Shown: positions 18,801 through 29,280, counted from the stretch's first letter. The stretch: DNA of 64,000 bases from an uncultured Gammaproteobacteria bacterium (GCA_963764065.1 CAVXRM010000001.1:58-64057), one strand, 5' to 3'. The notes: a model not told the origin generated them from the sequence alone. Program-made: numbers and translations.

Positions 18801-18895
18801 GCTACGAGATCATTTCGGGTGGTGCCGCCAACACCTACTCGACCTACGATCAACTGGGACGCCAGCTGTTCGTGTCATTCACCGCGAAGTTCTGA
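15809..18895 (+). CDS. TonB-dependent receptor
   Basis: Signal peptide, plug motif EEVIVTGSRI, 1028 aa, and a terminal aromatic residue (F). Confidence 0.9.
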   Translation: MLSNFKRGSLIGLMLAASQCLTAISYAADQPAKVDSGELEEVIVTGSRIATPNSTSTSPIQVVTSQDILVSGKSDISDIINQLPQNFNNDLGQDLGNRTSGLSTAGGVATADLRGLGPNRTLVLVDGRRLGVGSPNTAIQSPGPDLDQIPAALVERVEVVTGGASATYGSDAIAGVVNFIMKKNFQGLQIDGNLSEYWHNNHNTFVQNAMTAVGETPVTGSSMDGRSRNFTITAGANFDDGKGNVTAYFGYLKSDPVASGDRDFGGCQLSSAPTSLLDPPVCLGSSNSNYFRPDSPGSPNAGVAFSVLGTDFIPRGSQPTTPPSLFNSQPYIYMNRGDQRYTAGFSGHVDLQDYVRPYVEFNFMNDRSHQQIAPAALFRDSNPNDPTGAGDYYINCSNPLMSAQEQQTLCTPAQIAADQAAIAAGQNPVTVQMRIGRRNVEGGGRFSDYEHTNYRAAFGAKGDLGDAWTYDAYGQFYYTTFYNSNSKYLSFANIDKALLVTTDAAGNPVCISGGSCVPYNIFQDGGVTDAALNYLYLTGTAYGSTTLRTVHADMTGQLGKYGIKLPTASDGVAVNIGYEARNEHLQFEPDSAEKSGQLSGAGSAAVAINRSVSVNEQFIEVRAPLVQDKTGIKDLLFDTGFRRSDYSTSGPVNAYKFEVQYAPTDSVRFRASYQRAIRAPSIIELYNPINVGLIQLGNDPCAPPASRSLADCLHTVSAAQAAAFTAAYNAGTIPQATLGQLSQLTGGNPNLKPEQADTYTYGLTFKPSKLPNFTGSIDYYDIKLKDTVGVLPANIILANCLDTGDPGYCNKIVRTASTFGLVGNSLNSLGYIEQTNVNVGANQVSGVDLQGGYKLAMRSGWGSLAFTLNGAYLLKSTTTPTPVSHTYDCAGLFGSTCQTVNPKWHHIVRTTWLTPWDMNVSLTWRYIGSVKLDNNDPDPSLHNAVTGWTFLPPGYNAFDARFPSFSYFDLAATWDARKSLQLRAGISNMFDKDPPLASYEIISGGAANTYSTYDQLGRQLFVSFTAKF

Positions 18896-18934
18896 ACGCA
18901 ATCGGGCGGGGGCGATGCGGCGCGCACGGCACAG

Positions 18935-21900
18935 CTAGTGCTTGAACGCCGCATCGCCCACCCGGTGATAGTTGGCCGGGTGCGAGGTGACGAGGCTGCG
19001 TTGCGTGGCATCGCTGTACACGTGGCAGGCGCCGGTACAGTCGTGTAGTTCGGCCACCGTATACAGCAGCCCATTGCTGGTCTTCGGATGCTGTGCAGCC
19101 TGGTAACGCGCGGCATGGCATCCGGCACAGCTGCCGGCGTAGGCCGCCGCGGGCCAGGGGATCTGCTCGCTGTTGCTGGTGTGGCAGCTGTTGCAGGTGA
19201 GCGCAGCGCGATGCTGGCCGGGGAAGGCGCCAGCACTGTGCACGAAATGCCAGGCGCTCCAGTCCGGATAGCTGTGGCAGGTGGCGCAGTCGAGCCGCGT
19301 GCCCAGGTGCGTCGTCGTCAGGCCCGTGGCCACGCTGTTGTTGTGGCAGCTGACGCAGTTGGCCGTCAGCGTGCTGTGATCCATCAGCGCCGGCTTCCAT
19401 CCGAGCGTGCCGTGGCAACTGTCACATTGTGCCGTCGTGGGCACGTGGTTGACGGGCAGGCCCATTGCCTGCAGGCCGTTGTGGCAACTGCGGCAGCTGT
19501 GCGCGGCAATGGCGCTGTGCTCGAAGCGCGCCGGCGTCCACGCGTTGCTGGTATGACAGGCCTCGCAGCTGTTGTTGCTGGCGATGTGATGGGTACCTTT
19601 GCCGCGCGCCACGCTGCCGTTGTGGCAGCTGCTGCAGCTGCCCTTGACCTGCAGGTGATCGACGCTGCTGACTGGCAGCCAGGCCAGGGTGGTGTGGCAA
19701 GTTCCGCAACTGTCGCTGCTGGCGATGTGGGTGACTGGCTTGCCGATGCCGCTGGCCGCGCCGTGGCAACTCTGGCAACTGCTTCCCACCACGCGCCGAT
19801 GATCGAAGCCCGCCGTGCGCCCCAGCGTTGCACCGCCACCCAATGAGGGCACTGCAGTGAAGTTGCCGGCTCGTTGCGCGGGCGTGAGCGGCGCGCCGCG
19901 GCGTGCACCGAACTTGTCGCGGGTGGAATGACAGCCCGAGCCGCCGCAATCCACGCCTTTGTGATGATTGGCGGAATCGCGCACCCACAGTCGCACGCCG
20001 GTGTTGGTCTTCCAGGTCATCCCGATTTCATGACAACTCATGCAGGTCATGGCGCGCACCGCGGCGTGCTTCATGATCGTGCCGGAGAAAGTAGTGAACA
20101 CCGTGGCAGAGTGGCACAGCTCGCAGGCGATGTTGTTGGTGCCGTTGGGCGGGTTCGAGGGGATGTGCCCCGTGGCGCCCGAGGGCGGTGCCTTCAGGGT
20201 CGGCGCCGCCATGTTGGCGAAGGCCAGGCCGTAGGCGTGGCATTGTGCACAGTTGCTGCTGATGTTCACGTGGTTCATCGTCGCCACGCTGTAGTTGCCG
20301 GCTGTGGTGTGGCACAACGCGCAGTTGTTGGCGTCGGCCGCCGGCAGCGGGATGTGGTTGGCCGGCAGATCGGTCGCGCCCTTGAAGCTGGTGGTATTGA
20401 AATGGCAGGTGGAGCACTCGCCGGCTGCCACGTGCGCAGTACCGTCGGCCTTCTTCGCCGGGCGCACCTTGGTCGCTGGTGTACCGATGAAGGTCTTGCC
20501 GGCTTCATGGCAGCTCGAGCAGACGATCGCCGTCACCAGGCTGTGCACCATCGATGGCGGCGCCGTGCCGCTCGCATTGCTGATCAGGAAAGTGCTGAAG
20601 TTGCTGGCCGAGTGGCAGCCCTCGCAGGCTATCGTGCCCGTCGGGATGTGATTGCCCGGTAGCAGCTTGGTGGCCGGCGTACCCACGAAACTCTTGCCGG
20701 CGCCATGGCAGTTGACGCAACCCGTGGCGAAGCCCGTGTGCACCATCGAGGGCGGCGTCGTGCCACTGGCATTGGTGAACGCAAAGCTCGAGAAATTGGT
20801 CGGCGAGTGGCACTGCGTGCACACCACGGTGCCGATCGGGATGTGATTGCCTGGCTCGACCACAGTGGCAGGCGTGCCGACGAAGCTCTTGCCCGGGCCG
20901 TGACAGGTAGTGCAGGCAGTGGTCGATACCACGGCATGGTTCATCGGCGGGCTCTTGTTGTTGATCACGAAACTCGTGAAGCCCGTGGCGCTGTGGCAGC
21001 TCTCGCAAGCCGCAGTCCCAAAGGGCACGTGGTTCGCCGGCGGCAACTTCAAGGTCGGCGGCGCCATGTTGGCGAAGCTCTTGCCCGTGGCATGGCACTG
21101 CGCACAATTGCTGGCGATGTTCACGTGGTTCATCGTCGCCACGCTGTAGTTGCCCGCCGTGGTGTGGCAGAGCGCGCAGTTGTTGGCGTCGGCGGCCGGC
21201 AGCGGAATGTGATTGGCCGGCAGGTCGGTGGCGCCCTTGAAACTCGTGGTATTGAAGTGGCAGGTAGAGCACTCGCCCGAAACCACGTGCGCTGTGCCAT
21301 CGGCTTTCAACGCGGGGCGCACTTTGGTGGACGGCGTGCCCACGAATGACTTGCCGGCCTCGTGGCAGGTGGAGCACACGATCGCCGTAACCAGGCCGTG
21401 CACCATTGAGGGCGCCGCGCTGCCACTGGCATTGGCAAAGGCGAAGCTGCTGAAAGCCGTGCTGGAGTGGCAGCCCTCGCAGGCCATGCTGCCAGTGGGA
21501 ATGTGGTTGGCAGGCAGCGACTTCACCGCCGGCGTGCCCACCCAGCTCTGGCCGACACCGTGGCAGGTCACGCAGGCTCGTGGTGAATCCCGCGTGATTC
21601 ATCGGCGGCACCGCGTTGGCGATCACGAAGCTGCTGAAGTTGCTGGCCGAATGACAGTTGGTGCAGGCCGTGGTGCCGATGGGCACGTGGTTGCCGGGTT
21701 CGACGACCGTGACTGGCGTGCCGATGAAACTCTTGCCGGGGCCGTGACAGGTACTGCAGGCGATGGTCGTGACCACCGCATGGTTCATCGGCGGGCTCTT
21801 GTTGTTGATCACGAAACTCGTGAAGCCCGTGGCGCTGTGGCAGCTCTCGCAAGCCGCAGTCCCAAAGGGCACGTGGTTCGCCGGCGGCAACTTCAAGGTC

Positions 21901-24900
21901 GGCGGCGCCATGTTGGCAAAGCTCTTGCCGGTGGCGTGGCACTGCGCACAATTGCTGGCGATATTCACGTGGTTCATCGTCGCCACGCTGTAGTTGCCTG
22001 CTGTCGTATGGCACAGCGCGCAGTTGTTGCTGTCGGCCGCCGGCAGTGGAATGTGATTGGCCGGCAGGTCGGTCGCCCCCTTGAAGCTCGTGGTATTGAA
22101 GTGACAGGTGGAGCATTCGCCGGTCGTCACGTGCGCCGTGCCATCAGCCTTGGTGGCCGGGCGCAGGCGCGTCGCCGGCGCACCCGCCCAGCTGTGGCCG
22201 GCCTCATGGCAGGCCGAGCAGGCCATGCTGCTCACCACGCTGTGCACCATCGCGGGCGGCGCTGTGCCCGTGAGGTTGCTGAAGCTGAAGCTGCTGAAGT
22301 TCGCCGGCGCGTGACAGCTTTCGCAGGCCGCCGTGCCGAAGGGCACGTGATTGCCAGGCGGCAGTACGGTGACTGGCGTACCCACCCAACTGCTGCCGCT
22401 GGCATGACAGGTGGCACAGGCTACACCCGCCACGGCCGCGTGGTTCATTGGCGGGCTCTTGTTGCTGATCACGAAGCTCGTGAAGTTACTCGCGCTGTGG
22501 CAACTCTCGCAGGCTGCCGAACCCGTGGGCACATGGTTCGCCGGCGGCAGGCGCAGGGCAGGTGGCGCCATGTTGGCGAAGCTCTTGCCGGTCGCGTGGC
22601 ACTGCGCGCAGTTGCTGGCGATGTTGACATGATTCATCGCCGCCACGCTGTAGTTGCCCGCCGTGGTATGGCACAGCACGCAGTTGTTGTTGTCGGCGGC
22701 TGGCAGCGGAATGTGGTTGTTCGGCAGATCCGTAGCGCCCTTGAAGCTGGTGGTATTGAAATGGCAGGTAGAGCATTCGCCAGTCAGCACGTGCGCGGTG
22801 CCATCGGCCTTGGTGGCCGGGCGCAAACGCGTCGCCGGCGTGCCAGCCCAGCTGTGCCCAGCCTCGTGGCAGGCCGAGCAGGCCATGCTGCTCACTACGC
22901 TGTGCACCATCGCGGGCGGCGCCGTACCGCTGGCATTGCCGAACAGGAAGCTGTTGAAATTGGCCGGCGCGTGACAGCTCTCGCAGGCCGCCGTGCCAAA
23001 GGGTATGTGATTGCCAGGCGGCAATACCGTCGCTGGCGTACCCACCCAGCTGCTGCCGCTGGCGTGGCAGGTGGCGCAGGTCACGCCGGATACCGACGCG
23101 TGATTCATCGGCGGGCTCTTGTTGCTGATCGCAAAGCTCGTGAAGCTGCTCGCGCTGTGGCAGCTCTCGCAGGCTGCCGTGCCGATCGGAATGTGATTGG
23201 CGGGCGGCAGTTTGAGCGTCGGCGGCGCCATGTTTGCAAAACTCTTGCCGCCCGCGTGGCACTGCGCGCAATTGCCGGCGATGTTCACATGATTCATCGT
23301 GGCAAGGCTGTAGTCGCCGGCATTGCTGTGGCAGAGCGCGCAGTTGCCGTTGTCCGCAGCCGGCAGCGGAATGTGGTTGTTTGGCAGGTCGGTCGCGCCT
23401 TTGAAGCTCACGGTATTGAAATGGCAGGTGGAGCACTCGCCCGCAGCCACGTGCGCACTGCCATCCGCCTTGGTGGCGGGCCGCAACAAGGTCGCCGGCG
23501 CGCCGAGCCAGTTATGGCCCTGCTCGTGGCAGCTCGAACAGGCCGCACTGGCGACCGCGCTGTGCACCATGGCCGGTGGCGTAGTGCCGCTGGCATTCAC
23601 GAAGCTGAAGGCATTGAAGTTCGACGCGCTGTGGCACAACGCGCAATCAGCGCTGCCCACCGGCACGTGGCCCGCCGGTAGCGTCACGACCGGCGGCGTG
23701 CCGACGAATGCCAGGCCCGAGCCGTGGCATTGCGCGCAGCCCAGCGCGCTGACCGCCGCGTGATTCATCGGCGGGCTTTTGTTGCTGATCACAAAGTTCG
23801 TGAAGTCGGTCGCGCTGTGGCAGCTCTCGCAGGCTGCGCTGCCGATGGGGATGTGATTGCCTGGCGGCACCTTCAGCACGGGCGGCGCCATGTTGGCGAA
23901 ACTGCGGTCCGCGGCATGACACACCGCGCAGGCGCTGGTGCTGACGACGGTGTGATCCATTGTGTAGCTCGAGTAGTCCGCGGCATTGCTGTGACAGGCG
24001 GAGCATTGACTCGATGAGCCGCTGGGCAAGGGTATGTGGTTGCTCGGCAGGTCGGTCGCGCCCTTGAAGCTGGTGGTGTTGAAGTGACAGGTGGAACATT
24101 CGCCCGCAGCCACGTGCGCGCCGCCGCTGGCCTTCAGCGCTGGCCGCAGCACGGTCGCAGGTGCGCCGGCCCAGCTGTGGCCCGCCTCATGGCAGCTCGA
24201 GCAGGTGGCGCTGCTCACCACGCTGTGCACCATCGACGGTGGAGCGCTGCCGCTGATGTTGCCGAACATGAAACTGCTGAATGTCCCTGGCGCATGGCAG
24301 CTCTCGCAGGCTGCCGTGCCGATCGGTACGTGATTGCCGGGTGGCAGCACCGTGGCAGGCGTGCCCACCCAGCTGCTGCCCGTCGCATGACAGGCAGCGC
24401 AGGGGAGACTGGCGACCACCGCGTGATTCATCGGCGGACTCTTGTTGCTGATCGCGAAGCTCGTGAAGTTGCTGGCACTGTGGCAGCTGTCGCAGGCGGC
24501 GGCATCAAACGGGATGTGATTGGACGGTGGCACCTTGAGGGTCGGCGGCGCCATGTTGGCAAAGCTGCGGTCGGCTGCGTGACACGCGGCGCAGGGTGCA
24601 CCGCTGACGACAGTGTGATTCATCGCGTAACTGGAGTAGTCCGCGCTGTTCGCATGGCAGGCGCTGCAGGCCGTCGCCGAGCCATTGGGCAGCGGGATAT
24701 GATTGCTGGGCAGGTCGGTGGCGCCCTTGAAGCTGGTGGTGTTGAAGTGGCAAGTGGAGCATTCGCCCGCCGCCACGTGGGCCGCGCCATCAGCCTTGAC
24801 GGCGGGGCGCAACAGTGTGGACGGTGCACCGGCCCAGCTGTTGCCCTGCTCGTGGCAACCCGAGCAGGCGGCAGTGCCCACGACACTGTGCACCATCGAG

Positions 24901-26138
24901 GGTGGTCCGCTGCCGCTCGCATTGGCGAACATGAACGTGGTGAAGTTCGAACTCGAGTGGCAGTTCTCGCAGGCGCTGGCACCGAAGGGCACGTGATTCG
25001 CCGGCGGCACCTTGAGCTGCGGCGGCGCGAGGTTGGCGAAGCTGCGGTCGGCTGCGTGGCACAGCGCGCAGCCGCTGCTGATGCCATCGTGCCGCATCAG
25101 GTACACACTGAAATCCGCCGGGTTCGAATGACAGAGCGTGCAGGGCTGCGCGGTGGGTATGTGTCCGCTGGGTTGTACGGTGCCGTTGGTAAACGAGACT
25201 GTGGACAGGTGACAGGTGCCACAATCGCCCTGTGCCGGATGTGGCGCTGCGGGCCGCGTCACCATCGTCACGCCGAAGAAGTTCCTGCCGGCCTCATGGC
25301 AATCCGCGCACGGCATGGGCGGTGTCACGGCGGTGTGATTCATCAGCGCGCCACTGAAGCTGGTGTACTGCGTAGGGACATGGCACGCCTCGCAGGCTGC
25401 GCCGTCCGTCGGTAGGTGCGTGGATGGCATGCCGCTGGCCGAAATGCCGTTGTGGCAGCTGGCGCAACCGCTCACTACGCCCGAGTGGTTGAAGACCGCG
25501 CCGCCCCAGTTGAAGGTGGAATGGCAGGCATCGCACTCGAGATTGGTCTCGATATGTTGCGGCCCCTTGCCCTGGGCCTGCACGTTGTTGTGGCAGGAAG
25601 AGCAGCCGCCACGCACTTCCGCGTGATCGAAATTCACCGCCGGACTGAACGCCACGGGTGTGTGGCAGCTCTCGCAGCGGTTGGAGCTCAGGATGTGGTT
25701 GAGCGGCTTGCCGGTAGCGTGCACCTGCGTGCCCAGGCCGTGGCAACTCGCGCAGTCGCGCGGCGTGCCCTTGAACACTGCATTGAAGTGACAGGTTTCA
25801 CAGGGCAGATCGCGATGCTTGCCGATCAGCTCGAAGCCGGTGGTCAGGTGATCGAAGGGCGTGCGCTGCACTTTGGGTGACTGTACGGGCGCGGTCGCGG
25901 CTGCCGCCGCTGTCGCAGGTGCCACTGCCGCTGTCGGCGCCTGGCCTGGCACCGACGCCGGTGCCGCAACTGCCGGGCACGTGGCCCACAGCAGCAGCAC
26001 TGCGAGCAGCATTCGCCCACTGACGCCGCGCGCGCGCGGCGTGCTGAGCGTGTTCAGCTTTGCCACTCTGGCAGTGGCCTGCCGGTGCGGCAGTGTGAGT
26101 GCAGATGCGCGCCGCTGCGTAAACGCCGCGAGTCGCAC
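18935..26138 (-). CDS. giant secreted multihaem c-type cytochrome (~2360 aa, ~74 CxxCH), interrupted by one frameshift near 21578
   Basis: The two ORFs 20505-26138 and 18935-21571 join into one reading frame if one base is removed at ...FTT|ACVTCH. Signal peptide LLAVLLLWATCPAVAA; the likely start is GTG 26066 or ATG 26012. CxxCH occurs on average every ~32 aa, with conserved distal His in NH[IV]P, MNH and MVH. Confidence 0.8.
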
Positions 26139-26303
26139 ATGGAAAGAATGGCTGTGCGCATGTCGAACCCCGCTCCCCGTTCTGACCGGCGCGCATTGTT
26201 GGCCACATGCAGACGGCGCACATCATGTCGCGCTCGTCAGACAGCAATTTAACTTAGGTCTTTTATTAAGAGCGCACAGGGAGCGCGCAAAGCGCGCGCG
26301 GAG

Positions 26304-26621
26304 TCAGTCGCGCGCGCGCCGCTCGCCAGGACGCCGCCGGTTTTTCGCGGGCGCAGCGCCAGTGCCCGCGCCGCCGCCAGTGTCATCGTTGCGGCGTGGC
26401 CCGGCGCGCCGGTCGGCATGATGTTGATAACGGCACTGGCAGTGCTCCGGATCGCTGCAGCCCGCCACCGGCAAGCGCGGTGCATCGCGCGAGAGCGTGC
26501 GGCGGCGGGGATTCGCGAGCACCGCATCGCATGGATTCTTGCCGGGAACGATGCTGACCGAGTGCCAGGGTTCCCGGATTGCCTTGCTGGTCGGTTTGCT
26601 GCGAATGACCATGTTTCGCAC
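26304..26621 (-). CDS. small basic Cys/His-containing hypothetical protein
   Basis: 105-aa ORF between yceH and the cytochrome gene on the same strand. No family recognised and coding status is uncertain. Confidence 0.3.
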   Translation of the reverse strand: MRNMVIRSKPTSKAIREPWHSVSIVPGKNPCDAVLANPRRRTLSRDAPRLPVAGCSDPEHCQCRYQHHADRRAGPRRNDDTGGGAGTGAAPAKNRRRPGERRARD

Positions 26622-26714
26622 CCTCGCGGCCTGGAGATTGCGGAGCAGGCCGTCACCCGGAGGTTAGCAGAAATCCCGCACTATTTACGCCTCGCGCTCG
26701 TACCTCGCAGGCCC

Positions 26715-27425
26715 TCAGTCGCGTGCCGCCGCTGCGTCGCGCAGCTGTTCGATCTGGGCGCGCAATTCGCTGACCGCCAGCTCCAGCTGCGTCAGTCGCG
26801 CATCGAGGTCGCTGCCGGCCGCGGCGGGTGCGTGTTCTGCCGCCGCTGCGTAGCTGTGGCTTACCGACGCTGACACCGGCGCTGGCGCCAGCAACTCGGC
26901 GGCTGGCGGGCCCGTGAACAGCTGCAGGTAGCGCGAATCGCGCCGTCCGGGCTCGCGCGGCAGCTGCACCACGAGTGCACCATCGGGCCGGTTGGCCAGT
27001 GCGTCGAGCGCATTCTGCACTTCGCTGGCATCGGCAAAGGGTGTCATGCGTGCCGCGCGCGTGCGCAGCTCTCCCGGGGTTTGCGGGCCGCGCACCAGCA
27101 ACTCGCAGACGATGGCCAGTTCCTGCAGGCTGAATTTCAGGCCGGAGAACTCGGTGTTGCAGAAGCAATGCTGGTATTTGGCCACGCGGCTGCCAAAGCC
27201 GCTGCGCTCGATCATCACGTGTTTGCGCACCAGGCCGTCGACCAGCTGCTGCACTTCGGCTTCCGCGAGATTCAGCACCGGGTCGCGATTGCTTTTCTGG
27301 TTGCAGGCGTTGGTGAGTGCATTGATCGACAGCGGATACTGGTCAGGCGTCGTGATCTGCTTTTCGATCAGGCAGCCGATGACCCGGGCTTCGGGCGCAC
27401 TCAAAGTGAACTTCAAGCTCATCAC
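26715..27425 (-). CDS. yceH: YceH-family (DUF480) protein
   Basis: [25 protein letters not shown]-type N-terminus. Confidence 0.85.
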   Translation of the reverse strand: MMSLKFTLSAPEARVIGCLIEKQITTPDQYPLSINALTNACNQKSNRDPVLNLAEAEVQQLVDGLVRKHVMIERSGFGSRVAKYQHCFCNTEFSGLKFSLQELAIVCELLVRGPQTPGELRTRAARMTPFADASEVQNALDALANRPDGALVVQLPREPGRRDSRYLQLFTGPPAAELLAPAPVSASVSHSYAAAAEHAPAAAGSDLDARLTQLELAVSELRAQIEQLRDAAAARD

Positions 27426-27847
27426 CAGCTCCCGGTGTTCGGCATCGAAGCCCAGGGCTCGCGCGGCGGCAGGTTCGGCCCCTGCTGCAGCAGCTCGACC
27501 GAGATCGCATCGGGCGAGCGCACGAAGGCCATGTGGCCGTCGCGGGGCGGTCGCAGCACGGTGACGCCGTGATCGAGCAGCCGCTGGCAGGTGGCGTAGA
27601 TGTCGCTGACCTCATAGGCGAGGTGCCCGAAATTGCGCCCGCCGGTGTACGGCTCCGGATCCCAGTTGTGGGTGAGCTCCACCTGCGCCTGCTCGTCGCC
27701 CGGTGCCGCGAGGAACACCAGCGTGAAGCGCCCCTTCTGGTTTTCCATGCGATGCGTTTCATGCAGGCCCAGTGCATCGCAGTAGAAGCGCAGCGAGGCT
27801 GCAAGATCGCTGACCCGCACCATCGTGTGCAGATACTTCATGGTCAT
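27422..27847 (-). CDS. VOC-family protein (glyoxalase I-like)
   Basis: [12 protein letters not shown]...ELTHNW...FGHLAY pattern. Confidence 0.8.
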   Translation of the reverse strand: MTMKYLHTMVRVSDLAASLRFYCDALGLHETHRMENQKGRFTLVFLAAPGDEQAQVELTHNWDPEPYTGGRNFGHLAYEVSDIYATCQRLLDHGVTVLRPPRDGHMAFVRSPDAISVELLQQGPNLPPREPWASMPNTGSW

Positions 27848-28539
27848 TTCACGATTTCGAGCAGCTCGACCGTGAAGTCCAGTGTGCTGCCGCCCGGAAT
27901 GGAAGGCGGCTGGCCGCGATCGCCGTAGGCCACGTCCGACGGGCAGAGGATGCGGCTCTTGCCGCCGACCTTCATGCGCTGCACGGCCTCGGTCCAGCAG
28001 GGCACCACGCCCGAGAGCGGGAAGGTGGCCGGCTCGCCGCGCTTGATCGAGCTGTCGAACACAGTGCCATCGATCAACTTGCCTTCGTAGTGCACCTTGA
28101 CCTTGTCGGCCGAGGTCGGGATGGCGCCAGTGCCTTCGCTGAGCGTGGTGATCACGATGCCGGTCTTGGTGGTCTCGGTGTTCTTGGCGGTAGCCGCCTT
28201 GTCACGGAAGGTCTTGCCCGCTTCCTTGGCCTTCGTAACCATTGAGTTCGCGCGTTCCTGTTGCAGCGCCTGCGCCTTGGCACGATAGGCGTCGATGTCG
28301 ACGGCCGGCTTGGTTCCCGCCAGCCCCGCGGCGAAACCCGCCTCGGCCATTTTCATTTCCTCTTTGGTGAAGGCGAAGCTCTTGTCCAGATTGGTGCCGA
28401 CGATCTGCCCGATGGCGTAGGCGGTCTTATCCTCTTCAGTCTGCGGACCGGCAGCGCCCGGCGCAGCGGCAGCCGGCGCGGCTGACCAGGCGGCGGTACT
28501 CGTGGCACAAAGCAGCATCACGGCAAGAAAACGCGACAT
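27844..28539 (-). CDS. FKBP-type peptidyl-prolyl cis-trans isomerase (Mip/FkpA-like)
   Basis: Signal peptide and a C-terminal FKBP domain (VHYEGKLIDGTVFDSS...). Confidence 0.9.
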   Translation of the reverse strand: MSRFLAVMLLCATSTAAWSAAPAAAAPGAAGPQTEEDKTAYAIGQIVGTNLDKSFAFTKEEMKMAEAGFAAGLAGTKPAVDIDAYRAKAQALQQERANSMVTKAKEAGKTFRDKAATAKNTETTKTGIVITTLSEGTGAIPTSADKVKVHYEGKLIDGTVFDSSIKRGEPATFPLSGVVPCWTEAVQRMKVGGKSRILCPSDVAYGDRGQPPSIPGGSTLDFTVELLEIVK

Positions 28540-28569
28540 GTAGCTCTCCAGGGTTGCAGATCGTAGGGT

Positions 28570-29208
28570 GTGATCCGGCAGTGCGGATCTTGGCGCGCTA
28601 TTCTAGCGCCCGTGCCCGCAGCGCGCCGCAAAACCCCTGTGAAGTCACGCACGGTCCCGCCGTCGCAACGTCCCATGCGAACGCATTCCGAGTCGCAGCT
28701 GCAGGAACAGCTGCAGGCGGCCTGCGCCGCTGGGGACGGGTTGAGCGGCGCGCACTGCATCCACGAGCTGTGGATGCGCGGCGCCATGGCCGTGCATATT
28801 GAGAACTGGCTCACAGTTCTGTGGCAGCAAGCCGGCGCGAGCGTGCCTGAGTGGCTGCCGATGCGCCACATCGAATGGCTGCCGCTGCTCTACGAAGTGA
28901 CGGCGCGTTTCCAGGCACGGCGACGCGGGCGCTCCAACCTCTACCTGGTATTGCTCGATTACAGTGACTCACGTCCCGAGCCCTACGGCATCTACGTAGG
29001 CATGACGGGCTTCACACCGGCGCAGCGTTTCGATCAGCACAAGGCCGGCATTCGCGCTGCCGGCAGCGTGCTGCGCCGGGGCCTGGAGCTGCTTGCCGGC
29101 CCGACCCTGCACCTGCAGGGTATAGCCCGCGGTGAGGCGGCCGATATGGAAGAGCGGCTGGCCGAGGCCCTGCGCCTCGAGGGCCTGTTTGTACAGGGCG
29201 GCCACTGA
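28570..29208 (+). CDS. hypothetical protein with GIY-YIG-like C-terminal segment
   Basis: YGIYVGMTG...PAQRFDQHKAG resembles the GIY-YIG core. The start is uncertain. Confidence 0.4.
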   Translation: MIRQCGSWRAILAPVPAARRKTPVKSRTVPPSQRPMRTHSESQLQEQLQAACAAGDGLSGAHCIHELWMRGAMAVHIENWLTVLWQQAGASVPEWLPMRHIEWLPLLYEVTARFQARRRGRSNLYLVLLDYSDSRPEPYGIYVGMTGFTPAQRFDQHKAGIRAAGSVLRRGLELLAGPTLHLQGIARGEAADMEERLAEALRLEGLFVQGGH

Positions 29209-29280
29209 CACCAGGCCTTCAAGTTCCGCGGCCGGCGGACGATATGTCATGCAGGTCTTTCTCGCTGACAGGGATGTTTC

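Noticed and set aside
20505-21570. C-terminal ~350 aa of the 1877-aa ORF
   Set aside because: This is out-of-frame read-through after the frameshift at ~21578. The CxxCH periodicity disappears and reappears in the frame of ORF 18935-21571.
21213-23681. 822-aa plus-strand ORF (and 24036-25415, 20705-21349, etc.)
   Set aside because: Antisense or out-of-frame shadows of the repetitive cytochrome gene. They are Arg/Ala/Gly-rich with no motifs.
26150-26185. GGGGTTCGA (minus strand), resembling a tRNA T-arm
   Set aside because: No acceptor or anticodon stems can be built around it.
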